From: Octopus bimaculoides
Lineage: Eukaryota
Direction of reading: 5' to 3'
Assembly (NCBI RefSeq): GCF_001194135.2
Contig: NC_068992.1
Coordinates: forward strand, 67,806,686 to 67,870,685
Length of the DNA: 64,000 nucleotides
In this document: positions 1 through 13,700 of the stretch, in pieces
Layout of the letters: each line of letters opens with the position of its first letter
Position numbering within the stretch: position 1 is the stretch's first letter
Made by a program: the position numbers and the translations under genes
Notes under the pieces: model-generated
What the model was told of the DNA's origin: nothing
The model's database searches: none
What the model saw: the letters and a program-made list of their open reading frames with translations, nothing else

Positions 1-50
<50 letters not shown>

Positions 51-152
51 ATATATATCTGCATATGTATATATATATATATACACACATATATACATAT
101 ATATATATACACACACATATATTATACATATGTATATATAAATACACACACA

Positions 153-190
<38 letters not shown>
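1..190. repeat. Compound (TA)n/(CA)n/(TG)n microsatellite
   Basis: Directly visible dinucleotide runs; they explain the VCVC-type ORFs at 156-387. Confidence 0.95.
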
Positions 191-191
<1 letters not shown>

Positions 192-292
192 AACCGCAAT
201 GGCGCAGTGGTTAGTACAGTGGATTCGCGGTCATGCGATCGCAGTTTCGATATCCAAACCTGGCGTCGTGAGTGTTTATTCAGCAAATACAC
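190..292 (+). mobile_element. tRNA-derived SINE head (5' fragment)
   Basis: A-box-like TGGCGCAGTGGTT and B-box-like GTTTCGATATCC at tRNA spacing, directly after a (TG)n run; no complete cloverleaf. Confidence 0.7.
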
Positions 293-505
293 ACACGTAT
301 ATTGGATATATCGATCAAAACATCATAAATACAAAACGAAACATTTATCGTCATCACGTGTATAAGAGTTGCAAAAGTTGTCAATAAGATTTGAACTATC
401 GAGTTTTACTTTATCTTTACGGAGCAGATAAAACAGTTTGTAACTGAACAAAATATAATGACCAGATACGGAGAAATACTATAGTAATCACAGTTGACGA
501 CGAAA

Positions 506-507
506 CG

Positions 508-548
<41 letters not shown>

Positions 549-570
549 GAGAGAGAGAAACAGAGAGAGA
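506..570. repeat. (GA)n microsatellite
   Basis: Directly visible. Confidence 0.95.
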
Positions 571-1256
571 ACTTTGTGTCTGTATGTATAAAGGTAGGAA
601 TTGTAAATATACATAAATGTGTTCATATACTGAAACAGAGCAGAGGTGTGAACATACATAATGACGTGCACACAATATACAAATAAAACACAAACAACAG
701 AACTACCGGGTTTGAACTCCTTTTCTTTGCAAGAAATAGGAACTTTTTAGGTGTCAGCAAGAAAGAAACCAAAGTATTAGAATTGACTCCCCGATTTGTG
801 TTGTGTGATCGTCTTGGGAAAAACGTAGCAAGTCCCCAACATCCTTATCGATGGGGTTGCACTCACCTTTTCATTGAGATCCATTTTGATCGCAAATGCT
901 TCAACGAATATTACCAATGTTGGCCCATTATGCAGTGGAGTGGTTACACATTTTCTTCAACTACCATATATTACAATATAAAAAAACGAAAACTGTCGGA
1001 GGCAATTTGACCGGATGGTTAGTACCAAGTACAAACGTTTTGCTGACAGAGTATTGAACAATTCCAGCCATACTACTAGAAGACGACTCAGGATTGTTTT
1101 TCCTATGTCTTTAAGAGAATACATCCGTAGGCGATGTCTGGTCTCCATGAAACCAATCAGTTTATCATCAATCCAAAACGATAATAAAATCAGTTGGTGT
1201 TATTATTGATAATAATGCATTCACAATTCCCATGTGTATATACACTCACACGTACA

Positions 1257-1292
<36 letters not shown>

Positions 1293-3657
1293 TAATGTCA
1301 AACAATGAGAATGGGATACTCAACGTCGCATTGGGGTATACAATTTCTTTATTTCTATATTAAAGCTACCATTAGTTTCATGTTAAGAAAGTATCTTAAT
1401 ATTTTAATAACATTTGAAGCCAATCGCATGGAGGAATGGAGGAATAAGTATGTATGTATAAATAATGGCACAGCAGGTTTGACGTTCATTACGGGTGTTG
1501 AATTTTATTTGTTGATGAACGAAAGCGTTACAAACTGCCCCCAATCACTTTTTGTCCAGGTGAATAAAGAGTAAAATTTAACACTTATAATTCCCACAAA
1601 AACAGCATACTGCAAGTTCACCATATATATATATATATATATGGGAGAATCAGAAGATGGACACGCATACACACTCAAAGATATATTTATGTTTGTTTCA
1701 ATTACGCATTTCATTTGCCACCAATTAAATTGAAATACATTTTACAAATCCTTTAGTGTGTGTATATGACTTGATTAAACGAATTCAATGCAAATTGTGA
1801 GCTTACTGTGTTTGCTTATTATGTTCAAGTCAGCTAGTTCTCATCTTATTATACATGTATCTCGTTCCTGTTTCATGTGCAACAACAATTATGCAAATGT
1901 CAGGTAAAACTTCCACCGTTCTCTTACGCTAAATACTTTTAAATATATTAAGACGAGAGCAACCAATCTAATAGGAAATACAAGCATTTGGACGAATTCA
2001 TCGTTTTGAAAAAATTCCTTAGATCAACAAAACAAATAGAAATATTTGCAGAAGAGTTCATGAAAATTACATGGGAAGTATAATAGGTTCGTGAAATTGA
2101 ATCCTCAAGTATTAATAAACACAGGATTTTCCTAGGATTATTCTCACTAAACCGTCAGTAAAGCTGGATACCTTCAATCATAAATAATTCATAAAATTCA
2201 TATATACTTTCACTCAAGTGTTTGTGTATGAAGATGCAAATAATGTCCGTTTGTATGTATTTGTACGAAGCCATTAATTGCATATAATGTTTCGCAAGAC
2301 TTCGCAAAATTTCCCCGGAATAAACTCTTGTGTTATGCCAGTATTAGATTTCTAAATGACTAGCCACTGATATTAATTTACACAACTACATTCACCAAAT
2401 TATAAATATCATGTTAACAATTGTTACTCTAAATTTAGTTTGTAAATACTCAGGTGTCTGGAATAACAAACGTATATATATATATTCACTTATACACACA
2501 CACACACACACACATATTACTGTAATAGTTCATTTATATACCTTACTTGTAAATACTACTTCAAACATCGTCAGATATATAAAAAGACGTTTCTTTTCCG
2601 AACTTTTGCTGCTTAATTATCGTTATTCACACATCAGTATAAGTAAGTTATGAATCCGTTGATGCCGTTAACAACTTGGTGTCCATCTATTTTACTATAT
2701 ATTCTGATATACATAGATGTTCTTTCCTACATAGATGAAGGAAACTCGCAAGCGAAAGTGGAGGCGAAAATGAATAAATCCCACCATTTCAGAATCCCTA
2801 CATTATAGTAACATGTTAAATTCTGCAATTCATTATTGGAAATGGAATTCAATCTTATTTCATATCTTATACCAGATTAAATCCGTTGTCTAAATTGCTT
2901 TAACTTTGTATGGTTGCAAACAGACGATATAATGACATCATTGCAATGTGGACAATAACAGCGCATGTTCATTGTTTTAAACTAGGTATCAGCTGGTGCA
3001 TTTCGCTCAGTTGGAGAGATATTTTCGACTACCATAACGTTTCGAAGTTGCTAATAATACAATATTTCATACGGACACTATAAAATTTTAAATTTCAGAA
3101 ATTAAACTGACACATCTATCGGTTTATTCCCTTTGACATGCAGAAATATAACCTATTGAATATAGCACTTCTGCACTCAGTATTTACGCCGGCTATCTAT
3201 AGTTCGAACGTGTATAAAATGTTTCATTAACCTTTCTACGTACATTTCCCTGGGAATATTACATGGACTTTTACCAGCGTTGAGATCACGTTTTTTGACA
3301 GAAATTGTGCAAAGAATTTATCAGTTTGCATCTAGAATGAAATCAACCAAAATAAATAGCATTTTGTCTAATCTCTGGTGATTTGTTGCTCAAATCACTG
3401 AACCTTATTGAGAGGAAAATACCGATATTCTTTATGAAATACTCCAATACCAATTCTATTTAAAACTTGCCAATTTCTGGCAATACGATGAATCATTGCG
3501 CTACCTTTTGATATTATATTTTCCCATGTAAAAGAAACGGAGAATATGAAGATTTTACGAATATATAAATAACTTTTTAAGAATGTCATGAGTTCATTAT
3601 TGTTTACATCTATTAAAAATGCAATATTGACTTTTGAAACAATTGATAGCAGATAAC

Positions 3658-3715
<58 letters not shown>

Positions 3716-3942
3716 CATGCGTGTGTATATGCATTTATGTGTGTACATATGTATGTGTTTTATTAATTTATTATTTGAAATGTAAATTCTTTAGCTGAAA
3801 TGTGAGAATTGCATGCGAATCTGAGATGGAGAACAATATATGATTGTGTACTGAGTGTGATATAATTGAACAGCACAAATCTCAGTCTTGTTCGATAGTG
3901 ACAGAAAGAAGGTGTTATATATATACTTCATGTATATATATA

Positions 3943-4737
3943 CTAGCGGCTAAGCCCGGTTCCACCCGGTTTGTTTGTATGGTGTAGCTGTGATGGTTTT
4001 CGGTTAGGCATAATCTGTAACAGCGTTTCTCAACCTTATTATTTCGTTTCCCCTGTTTCGATTGGAGCCTCCAGCTGTATGAAAATTTCCTCACCGCCGC
4101 CTTCTCAGAAAACAGCTTCAGGAGTTGTGAAGATCGGATTTGTACGTAGTCTGTTTCTGAGAGCTATTGTATTGTACCTCTCTCTAATTATTAAAACATT
4201 GGGCGATCTTTCGATATGGGAACATACGACTGTCACTTACAAACCACTTATAAACCACTTGTGTTTATTTACAATTTTGAAGATGATCGTCGGTTTCCGT
4301 AAATGCAGCATGTTGTTAGTAATGTAGGTTTAACCCCTTGGATGGGAGACACTAACCATCGCAGAAATGACTTTATCGTATTTTAACCTTAAAAACAATT
4401 GATAACAGATAATCACACACACACACACACACACAAACACACGTGCATGCGTGTGTATTTGCATTTATATGTATACATCTGTATGTGTTTTATTAATTTA
4501 TTGTTTGAAATGAGAATATTACGACTAAGAATATTAACAAGGTTGGGTTTCAATTTTCGAGTATTGACGCTTTATAGAGAGCTATTTTAATAAAATGTAT
4601 TTGCATATGAACTCGTGTATATGTCCATTGTATATCGTTATACTCTAAACGGCTTGGAAAATATTCTGTGTGAGATTTCCTGCCGGAGTTAAGTCAAAAC
4701 AGAAAAAGAAATTTGCATTAAATATTATGTATTAGAA
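3943..4737 (-). mobile_element. Non-autonomous Helitron-like element (3' end at 3943)
   Basis: Minus strand reads ACCGG-GTGGAA-CCGG-GCTTAGCCG-CTAG|T: a short GC hairpin about 10 nt before a CTAG terminus followed by T, the usual Helitron 3' signature. The 5' (TC) end was not identified, so the right boundary is a guess. Confidence 0.45.
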
Positions 4738-5364
4738 AGCTGAGCATCACTATTCTTTCACGGTACTTACGACAATGCCCACTTGGGAGGTGTGACACAT
4801 GTCATAGATAGAGATACGAAACCATGAGTAATCATTCGGTGCGATGTCATTTGATCTATAAACACAACGATCATTAATGTGCTTCTATTCGATTCTTATA
4901 TTTGTTTATTATTTATTTTTACTACACATTTATATGAGCACAATAAGCAGTAATCTATTCACAGATACACTCACACAGAAACACTCAAGAGATAAAATGT
5001 TTTGTTTTCCAATATAATATCTGATGATTACTACTATACATCTAAGAAGCTGATCTACCAACATTTGATTTGAGATTGAAAGGGATGACTATCACACACG
5101 CTCGCATACACGCACATCGGAAACATTCCTCAATTTCTTGAAAATGGGGTCATAACTCCGAAATATTGAATACAAGGTAAGTCTACATTAATTCACATAT
5201 TTGTTTTCTTGTGATTTACCTTGCATTTACTTCGCATTGTTTTGGCCTTACCCACGATCCTTTATACAATATATATGCATACATACATACATACATATAT
5301 ATGTGTGTGTGTGTGAGTAAAAATAAAGACAAAAAAAGGGGTTTGTATGATTGTGTATAGAGGA

Positions 5365-5645
5365 ATATATTATTTTGTTTAAAAGAGTTCCAACTCTGTT
5401 TTTTTATGTTTTACTTATATTCTTGTAAAATTAATGTGGGATATAGAATATGGAATATACAATATATTATATAAAAATGGATGGTACAATGAAATAAAGT
5501 ATTGAATGTCTTATTGAATATATGGAATATGTCTTATTGAACATATGAAATATTGAGTGTTCAATATATATAAAGGATTAAATATATAAAGGCGAATACG
5601 TATTTGCTATACCTTGTGGTATTTCATCATGGCCGGTATGACAGA
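5365..5645 (-). mobile_element. Hammerhead-motif-bearing short repeat (Penelope pLTR-like), copy A
   Basis: Reverse complement aligns by eye along its length with 10385-10685 (shared CTGTCATACCGGCCATGA, CATCCATTTTTA, TATTGTATATTCCATATTCTATA, GTTGGAACTCTTTTAAAC); degenerate hammerhead fold at 5591-5634. Confidence 0.7.
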
Positions 5646-5653
5646 TACATACA

Positions 5654-5684
<31 letters not shown>

Positions 5685-7527
5685 GTAATGGTTTAAGATA
5701 GGTAAGAAGAAATGATTAAAGTATATTCTTAGCAGACATAGAGTTTATGGAGTTTGTGCATAAAAAATTGAATTCCAGAGAAACTCGAAACTATACCAAT
5801 AGGAAATAGCGGGCTACAAGGTCACCTATAAGGCAGCTTTCTCCAATTCATATTCATCGATCATATATTTTACAATATATCAGAAAGTATTGCTAACCCA
5901 TTAGTATTCTATATTAAGAGAGGTACTGTTATATCGCAATATGCGAATCCTCGTCACCACTGTTTTGTCTCAAGCTACTGCTATCTAGCACATTCGGATG
6001 ATCTCTACTCAACTGCTACACAATTGCTACTCGACTGCTACTCAACACTCCTACCACGGCCAGACTACCTCTATTTATATGTCTTGGGAGAACCTACTTC
6101 GCCTGGGGGCGTCGACACAACAGGTACATTACTTACTCGAGAATTTTGAGCTTGCCTAAGAAACAAGTCATCAACTTCACCAAGCTGCGTGATATCTCAA
6201 TATTACATCTATTTTTGCACACACACATACAGAGGATATCGTTACTATTGATAATAAAAAAAAAACTTAATGGGACTTTAGAGAAGTTTGACGGGGTTTT
6301 TTTTCGAAAACGTATATGTAGGCGTTGGCTCTACTAATCTTGAAAAGTAAAATCTCCATGTGGGGTTGATGATAGACGCCAAAATCAGAAATCTTTCTTA
6401 TGTGCTTTCTATAGTTAAGAACTTATAGAAATGCCTGCTGTTTAGTAACTTCATTACTTGTTTCTACATCAAAAGAGAATGTCACAGTGAACAGATTTCC
6501 ACTCAGCTACACTTCAAACAATTTAGTATCGTGGGGATATCGGGAGAAGGAGTGAATGCAAATCAATGATGTTCCTATTGACAATAAAACGTTCTGTTAA
6601 ATAATATCTTGATATTATCCATTTTTTTGTATTAAGAACAGCGTGTCACGTTTCATGCAAAGTGAATTTTATCTTAGTGTGATGAGGTTTGCGATTTATT
6701 CTGATAAAAATAATTCTCGTAAGTTCCATGTGCAACAGGTATATGAACGGATGACGTCATATCTTCTTCATTTTTATTATATTTTAATTTCAATCATTTA
6801 CACGTAGTAGCCGTATTTCATGTTTAATTAGAAGAGAGAAATGACATTGGAAATGTGTCGTCTTCTGGCAAAAGTCTTACAATCAAAACTAGTTTATATC
6901 ATATTGTCATGAACCTGGCGAAATTGGTAAGAAATACTCTTGTATTTGAGCTTGGTATATTTACGTAAGCGTGTACGATTGATAAAACACATGATTCCAT
7001 TCAGTGTATCAATACTTCATGAGAAAGAACAAATAAGAGTCAACAGCCATTACAATAGTTTCGCAAACAAACATTCAACTGCACTCATAATGTTATGGAA
7101 GATAAAATTGTTTCCTTCTAATATGTTCATGTCAAACATTGCCTCGGTAAACGCCAACCGATGTGTGGCAACATTTGATGCCCGAAGTAACGATGGCAAT
7201 ATCCACTAATGTGATTCTGCTGTAGATTACTGCCAGAAAGTTAAATGAGATTATTGGAGATTAACAATAGTATTGGTCTGGCGATATATAATATGGGGTT
7301 TAAAATCGATATCATTGATATTTAACAGACGATGCAAGACACATTAAAACCAATGCTTCAAGCATTTAAGAAAACGAAAGCAAAAAATAAGAGAAGAAAG
7401 ATAGTTTAAGTTATTCATCCGTGTGATAAGAGTTCCATATAAGATTTTATGTACATCCTCACTAACAACATAAAAGAATTGAAGTATATGCTATTGAAGG
7501 ATACTTAAAATTCTACAGTTAAACTGT

Positions 7528-7665
<138 letters not shown>

Positions 7666-8961
7666 TCAGGCAGAAAGACTGATATAAGAGGGTTACAGAG
7701 AGAGAAGGGGCATCCACCTTGCTATTCACCATTTAATTATTTTTTTCCTTTTATCATTGTATTGGAATGAGTTTAAGGACGGTGACATCTACAAAAAAAT
7801 AAATAAAAATATAAATAGAAAATAAAAACTAGGTGTGGTTCGTTCATCACTGAAAGTATTTTTGCTTTCTTTTTATAACTATTGTTCCTTCCTTTCTTCT
7901 TTCATTTTCCTTCTTTTTTCCCCCTTTTCTATCTTTTTCTCCTCTGAGTTATATTTCGAGTATACCCCTTCCAAACATTCATTTTTGGAGGGAATTTTTT
8001 GATAAAGTGTAGTTCTGCATGAAAATACATTAGTATAATATTTGCAAATTAACAATTTCATTTCATTTACTGATTGATTTTTCAACACCTGCTTTTTTTT
8101 ATTTATTTATTTTTTGAAGAGGTCACCATACTTAAACTCATTCTAATACAATGGTAAAAGGAAAAAATAATTACGTAAATAAATGGTGAATAGGATACCC
8201 CTTCTCTCTCTCTTACCCTCTACCCATTTGTCTATCTATTTATCTATCTATCTGTCAGCCTATCTACCTACCTATATTTCTATCTATCCATCTCCATTGT
8301 CTTGGAACCGCACCCAAAAAATAAAAACAATGTTCTCTTCTAAACAAAACCCCCCAAAACACCTGTTTTATATAAATGAACAAGCTGTTTGCACATTCAC
8401 AAAATTGTATTTGACAAGTTCTAGAGAGGAACGAAAGCGCTAATAATAATGAAGAAATAAAAGAATTTTTTTCCAAAATTCTAACGACTATTTTTTCAAT
8501 ATTCTCTTCTATACATCAAACTGAGAAATGTATGTTTTATTGGTTGCTTAAATAGGGAAATGTTTCTCTTACAAGTATTCATACAGAGTATACAAAAGAG
8601 AAAAATATAAATATATATATACATATATAAAATACAAGGTTGTGTGTGAAGAAGAACAAGAACAAGGAGATGAATAAGAGGAAAAAAGTAAATGAAAATA
8701 AGGAAGACATAAAGATAAAAATATAAAGAAAAATAAAACTAAATATAAAGATAAGAATAACGGTAAGACTGATAGTAATTGAAAAGAGTGGGGGAGGAGA
8801 GTTAAGTCCATCAAGAATAAAAGAATGGAATATTTTGGAGTGGTCAATGTTGCTGTGTTCTTGTCAAAAGATGACCTGTGTAGTACCTATTGATTTGAGA
8901 TCAACTATCCATTTCTCACAGATGGTAGGGTGTACATATATATATACACACATATATACAA

Positions 8962-9014
<53 letters not shown>

Positions 9015-9329
9015 CATACATACATACATGCATATNNNNNNNNNNNNNNNNNNNNNNNNNNNNNNNNNNNNNNNNNNNNNNNNNNNNNNNNNNNNNNNNN
9101 NNNNNNNNNNNNNNNNNNNNNNNNNNNNNNNNNNNNNNNNNNNNNNNNNNNNNNNNNNNNNNNNNNNNNNNNNNNNNNNNNNNNNNNNNNNNNNNNNNNN
9201 NNNNNNNNNNNNNNNNNNNNNNNNNNNNNNNNNNNNNNNNNNNNNNNNNNNNNNNNNNNATATATATATATATATATATATATATTCCCAATGTAAAATG
9301 CACATTATATATATATATATATTCTCAAC

Positions 9330-10335
9330 ATAAAATCCCGGACATAACCTTCACTGTTTCAGACATCATAGCAGCAATAAATAAGGCACGGTCTGTCTAA
9401 CACAGGTCGTACATCACATTGCAGATATACCTAAAGCCTTCGGAACAGGTTCGAACGCTGATGTCATATATCTTGACTTCAGTAAAGCGTCCGACAGGGT
9501 TGACCATAATATCTTACTCACAAAATTGACAAATGTTGGAATCCGTGGAAAACTTCTACACTGGATTAAGTGTTTCCTGGAGAATAGAACACAAGAAGTT
9601 GTGGTCGATTGGGTCCAATCAAGCCCAGCAAAAGTCACAAGTTGTGTCCCTCAGGGGACTGTCATGGGCCCGCTCCTCTTTATAATTTATATAAAGGACC
9701 TTTACAGCGTCGTAAATCACTGAAAAGTGAAAATATTTGCTGATGATACTAAGCTCCAGCAAATCATCAATGAAGAAGACCAAACCCAACTCTAGTCTGA
9801 TCTATATGCTGTGAGTGAATGGGAAGACAAGAACAAAATGAAACTAAACAAGGGAAAATTTGAGCTAATGCATTTTGGAAGAAAATCTATACCAAAACAG
9901 CCATACTCTCTTCCTTCAGAGGAACAGCTCACAGCATCCAATAATATCAGACATCTCGGTGGAATTGTTGACAACAATCTCAATTGGAGTGCCCACATCA
10001 ACAATAAGGTCAATATAGCTCGTAGGATGAGCTCCTGCATATTAAGAACCTTCGGTTTAAAGAACAAGGTGTCATCATTCCACTTTTTTCCTCCTTTGTA
10101 CGGCCACACCTCAAATACTGCTGCCTTTTGTGGTCCCCCCATACAAGACAAAACATCTCGAGGATTGAATCACCCCAGAGAGCATTCACTAAACGAACTG
10201 AGGGCATGGCTGATCTCGATTATTGGGACCGCCTTAAAGCCTTCAGGCTCTACTCTCTCCAGCGCCGCCGCAAGCAGAATATACCGCCAGAATTGGCCAA
10301 AGGACCTGAACATTAGTTTCAAGGTTCATCAAAGG
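9330..10335 (+). mobile_element. CR1/L2-group LINE reverse transcriptase fragment (pseudogenised)
   Basis: Translates DVIYLDFSKASDRVDH...VPQGTVMGPLLFIIYIKDL...KIFADDTKL...WEDKNKMKLNKGKF...WSPHTRQNISRIESPQRAFTK. Has stops, frameshifts and an apparent internal deletion near 9400. Confidence 0.95.
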
Positions 10336-10676
10336 CTGCAGAACCAATGTGGGGTATAGAATATGGAATATACAATATATAATATTGTCTGTTAAAGTCT
10401 GTCATACCGGCCATGACGAAGGGAAATAGCCCTGAAACTCGAGTCGCCTTTATATATTTATATTTATATATTTGATCCTTTATATTGAACACTCAATATT
10501 TCATCTACATTCAATACTTTCTTTCAAGGTGCCATCCATTTTTATTTTATTTTATTTTATTTTATATTATATATTGTATTATATATTGTATATTCCATAT
10601 TCTATACCCCACATTGGTTCTGCAGGAATATAAATAAAACATAAAAAACAGACAGTGTTGGAACTCTTTTAAACTA

Positions 10677-10685
<9 letters not shown>
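10336..10685 (+). mobile_element. Hammerhead-motif-bearing short repeat (Penelope pLTR-like), copy B, with 5' inverted arm
   Basis: Homologous to 5365-5645; 10336-10384 is the perfect reverse complement of 10577-10625; abuts the end of the CR1-group LINE fragment. Confidence 0.75.
10409..10448 (+). ncRNA. Candidate minimal type-I hammerhead ribozyme (variant core)
   Basis: GGC-C(A)UGACGA-AGGG aaauag CCCU-GAAA-C UCGA G-UC|GCC gives stem I GGC/GCC, stem II AGGG/CCCU, 2 bp stem III within palindrome CUCGAG and a GUC triplet; one extra A between C3 and U4. Confidence 0.6.
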
Positions 10686-10714
<29 letters not shown>

Positions 10715-13700
10715 TTATATACATACATACACAGAGATATATATTTACAGTTATATACATATATACATACATAGACATGCACATTTGATTATATAAACGC
10801 CGTGTGTAATTATGTGGATGTTGAGGGAAATGTTGAATAAATGGGCCATAACGTCATGTGACAAAACCTCAACAAAGACGCTGACATTAGTTGATTTATG
10901 TTTTTACATCATTTTTCGTTTTATTCATGTTTTGTTTTATATTTCACTTAGTCATTTTTTTTCTCTCCTTCACTTTGAAGATTTCACATCATGTTCTCGG
11001 CAGATGGAGAGAATGATTGGAGAGAGCTCAGAGGATAAGAGATAACCAGTGTGCAGCATGTGATTACGGTTTCGCACACACACATATACACACACACACA
11101 CACACTCGCTCTCACAGACGCATACCTTTGCACATACAAGTTATAGCATTGAGTTTTAGTTGAAAATCTCCTTTTGCATTCAGCAAAGCAGTTGCATGAC
11201 TGGACCTTAATAGATATGTTCATGCTTATGGCTTATTTGCTCTGGATCATAAGCTGCGGATCTGCCGTCAATGTAATAAGGCTATTTTTAGTACATATCC
11301 ACTGTCATTTTCAAGCATTAAAGAATAGTAATTTTCTTAATGAAGCCTTTGTCCTTTAAGGTAGATATACAATTTAGTGATATTTGGAACCGCTGTAACC
11401 TTAATGACATTTTCAATAGGAACAGAGTATAATGAAGATAATAGCAACGGTGGTAGTTTTCGTGTGGTAGGTGTCTTTGTTGTGTTTTTTGGTGAAGTAA
11501 AATTAGTAATGACCACGATAAGTTTGGATCAATGCAAATCAATACAACCGTTGTTGACGCTACTTGAATAAGATGTGTTTGATAAGAGCACACACATTTC
11601 ATTGTTTATTTCTGAGTTTAGTTTTTTCTTGTTATTTTTATTCTTTCCTAAATCATTATAGTAGGAGTATGTGCCTGTGTGTGCGTGTATTCACGTGTGT
11701 GCCTTGTGTACTTGTGTACTTTCGTTATATGCATGGGTCAGATTTGTTTGAACAGCTGTAACACTTTGTTTTGTTGAGCAGACATTTGGGCTGCCGAAAG
11801 AAAGTTAAATAAAGTAGGTTTCCTTTGAGAAAAATCAATAATTTGCGTTGAACATAAACGCGTTTCGTAATTTATCTGTTGTATGAGACTAACCGTAAAT
11901 CATCTGGCCTTAGAAATATTCGTTGAATTATTTGAAGTGTCTTTATTATTAAAAACAAAATTAATACTATACTATATATATATATATACAATTTACACTA
12001 AATAATACAGTAGCGGTATCAGCATAAAAAAAAATACAGTAAATTTAGTGTTAACCTATTAAATGTATGAAGACATAAAACGATAAATTTTACATTATTA
12101 CACAGAAAGAGAAAGAGAGATAGAGAATATTTGATAATGAGTAGCAATATTTTCTTTAAATATATTCTCTGAATTCTAATATTCCCACCAAAATATGTAC
12201 TTTACGACTTATCACTACTTCGACAATTTGATCATGGATTTTGTAAGCTGAAGGGAGCTAATAAGACAAACCTTGTTTCGGGGTTATCCCTTGCACTTTT
12301 CGAGTTTAATTGTAACAAGTTGTCAAACTTTATATTTTCCCACTCGATATTTACTTCTAATTTACAATTTACCACTGCTTCAGATAGGCAGAAACTTAAC
12401 TATTAATATGTATACGCAATTGGATCAAGTAGGAAAAATTATGCGTTAAAAGGTCAAGACTTTAAAAGTAATAAAATATATGAATAGAAAGAATGCATGA
12501 TGTCGTTAATCAACGTGGCAGCGTCTTCAAAGCCACATTTTTTGTTATTGATATAGTAGTAAAACATCTGTTAGTCATTCCCTAATGCTAAGTTACACGA
12601 GGCAAAGAAGTAATTATGTTCATGGCAAGAAAACAAATACTCATACAACTGCTTGATCAGATCAGATATGTAGACTTGTAATTTCTTCTTCTATTGAGTT
12701 ATTGCAAACGTCTAGGTTATTATAGTTGACTTTAGGATTTATAGGTTCTCCGTATATATACATAATGCATACATATATAGTTGCAGAATCTAGATCTGTT
12801 ATATATGTCTATATCAAACTATATATAAGTGTGTGTGTGTATGTAGGTTGACATGCATGTGCACCAATGTGTCTTGTATATGAGAGAGTATGCGTGTGTT
12901 TCTCAATGAATATCATTGTGTGTACGTTTCTCATTTAAGTTATTTTATTACTTTTAGCGCCTGTACGTTAACCTCCATTGTGAATTCTTATTTTGTCACA
13001 AAACATAGTATTAAACAATACCTTATAGCTATAAATCTGCATAGAACATTACTCTTGCATATACGACCAGGATATTTTGGTTGTCAGTATTTTGTTGTAG
13101 TGCATTCATCATCACTCAATTCATTTAAAGTTGTTATTTCTTTCTGACATGGACGCGTAGCCATGTTTTTTTTTATGGAAATCACTTACGATTAATTTCT
13201 AAGATTTCAAATTCTAGTAATGATCATATAAACACTAGAAGAATAAAATATAAATTCGAATTGATTGGGATTGAAATGCAGAGCTGTGGTGACTCGAAAG
13301 TATATACCACACAATATTGTGGTCCACACTCTGTTGACTCCATACGTGTGAAATATGGAGATATGACACATTTTTTCGTTACACGGGGAAATGATATAAA
13401 GAAAGGAGGTGGGGCTGAAATGAGGAAAGGGATTGAGGAAAGAACTTTTAAAAAGAGATGAAGTGAATGTGAGTGTAACATTAAATTAAATATATTTCAA
13501 TTATAGAATTTTTAAAAATAAATTTGCGTGTAAGTATAGCACTTGCTGCTAGGCAGATAGAAATCTGATAAATATATTTAGCATTTAAAACTATTTCAAT
13601 AAATGGCTTTATATCTTCTTTGCCTGATATTTATAAAGGTTTGTCCTACTATTAAATATAATTTCACAATGAAATGATTGTTCTACCATTTTCACTTTGC

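Noticed and set aside
190-292. tRNA gene (also considered at 54275-54345)
   Set aside because: A and B boxes are present but there is no complete cloverleaf, and the sequence continues into SINE body; these are SINE heads.
2735-2808. Possible terminal exon DEGNSQAKVEAKMNKSHHFRIPTL* after a TTCTTTCCTACATAG acceptor
   Set aside because: No recognisable homology or partner exon; such signals arise by chance.
5140-5185. AAG|GTAAGT donor sites here and near 34339
   Set aside because: No convincing acceptor or recognisable peptide; not supportable without transcripts.
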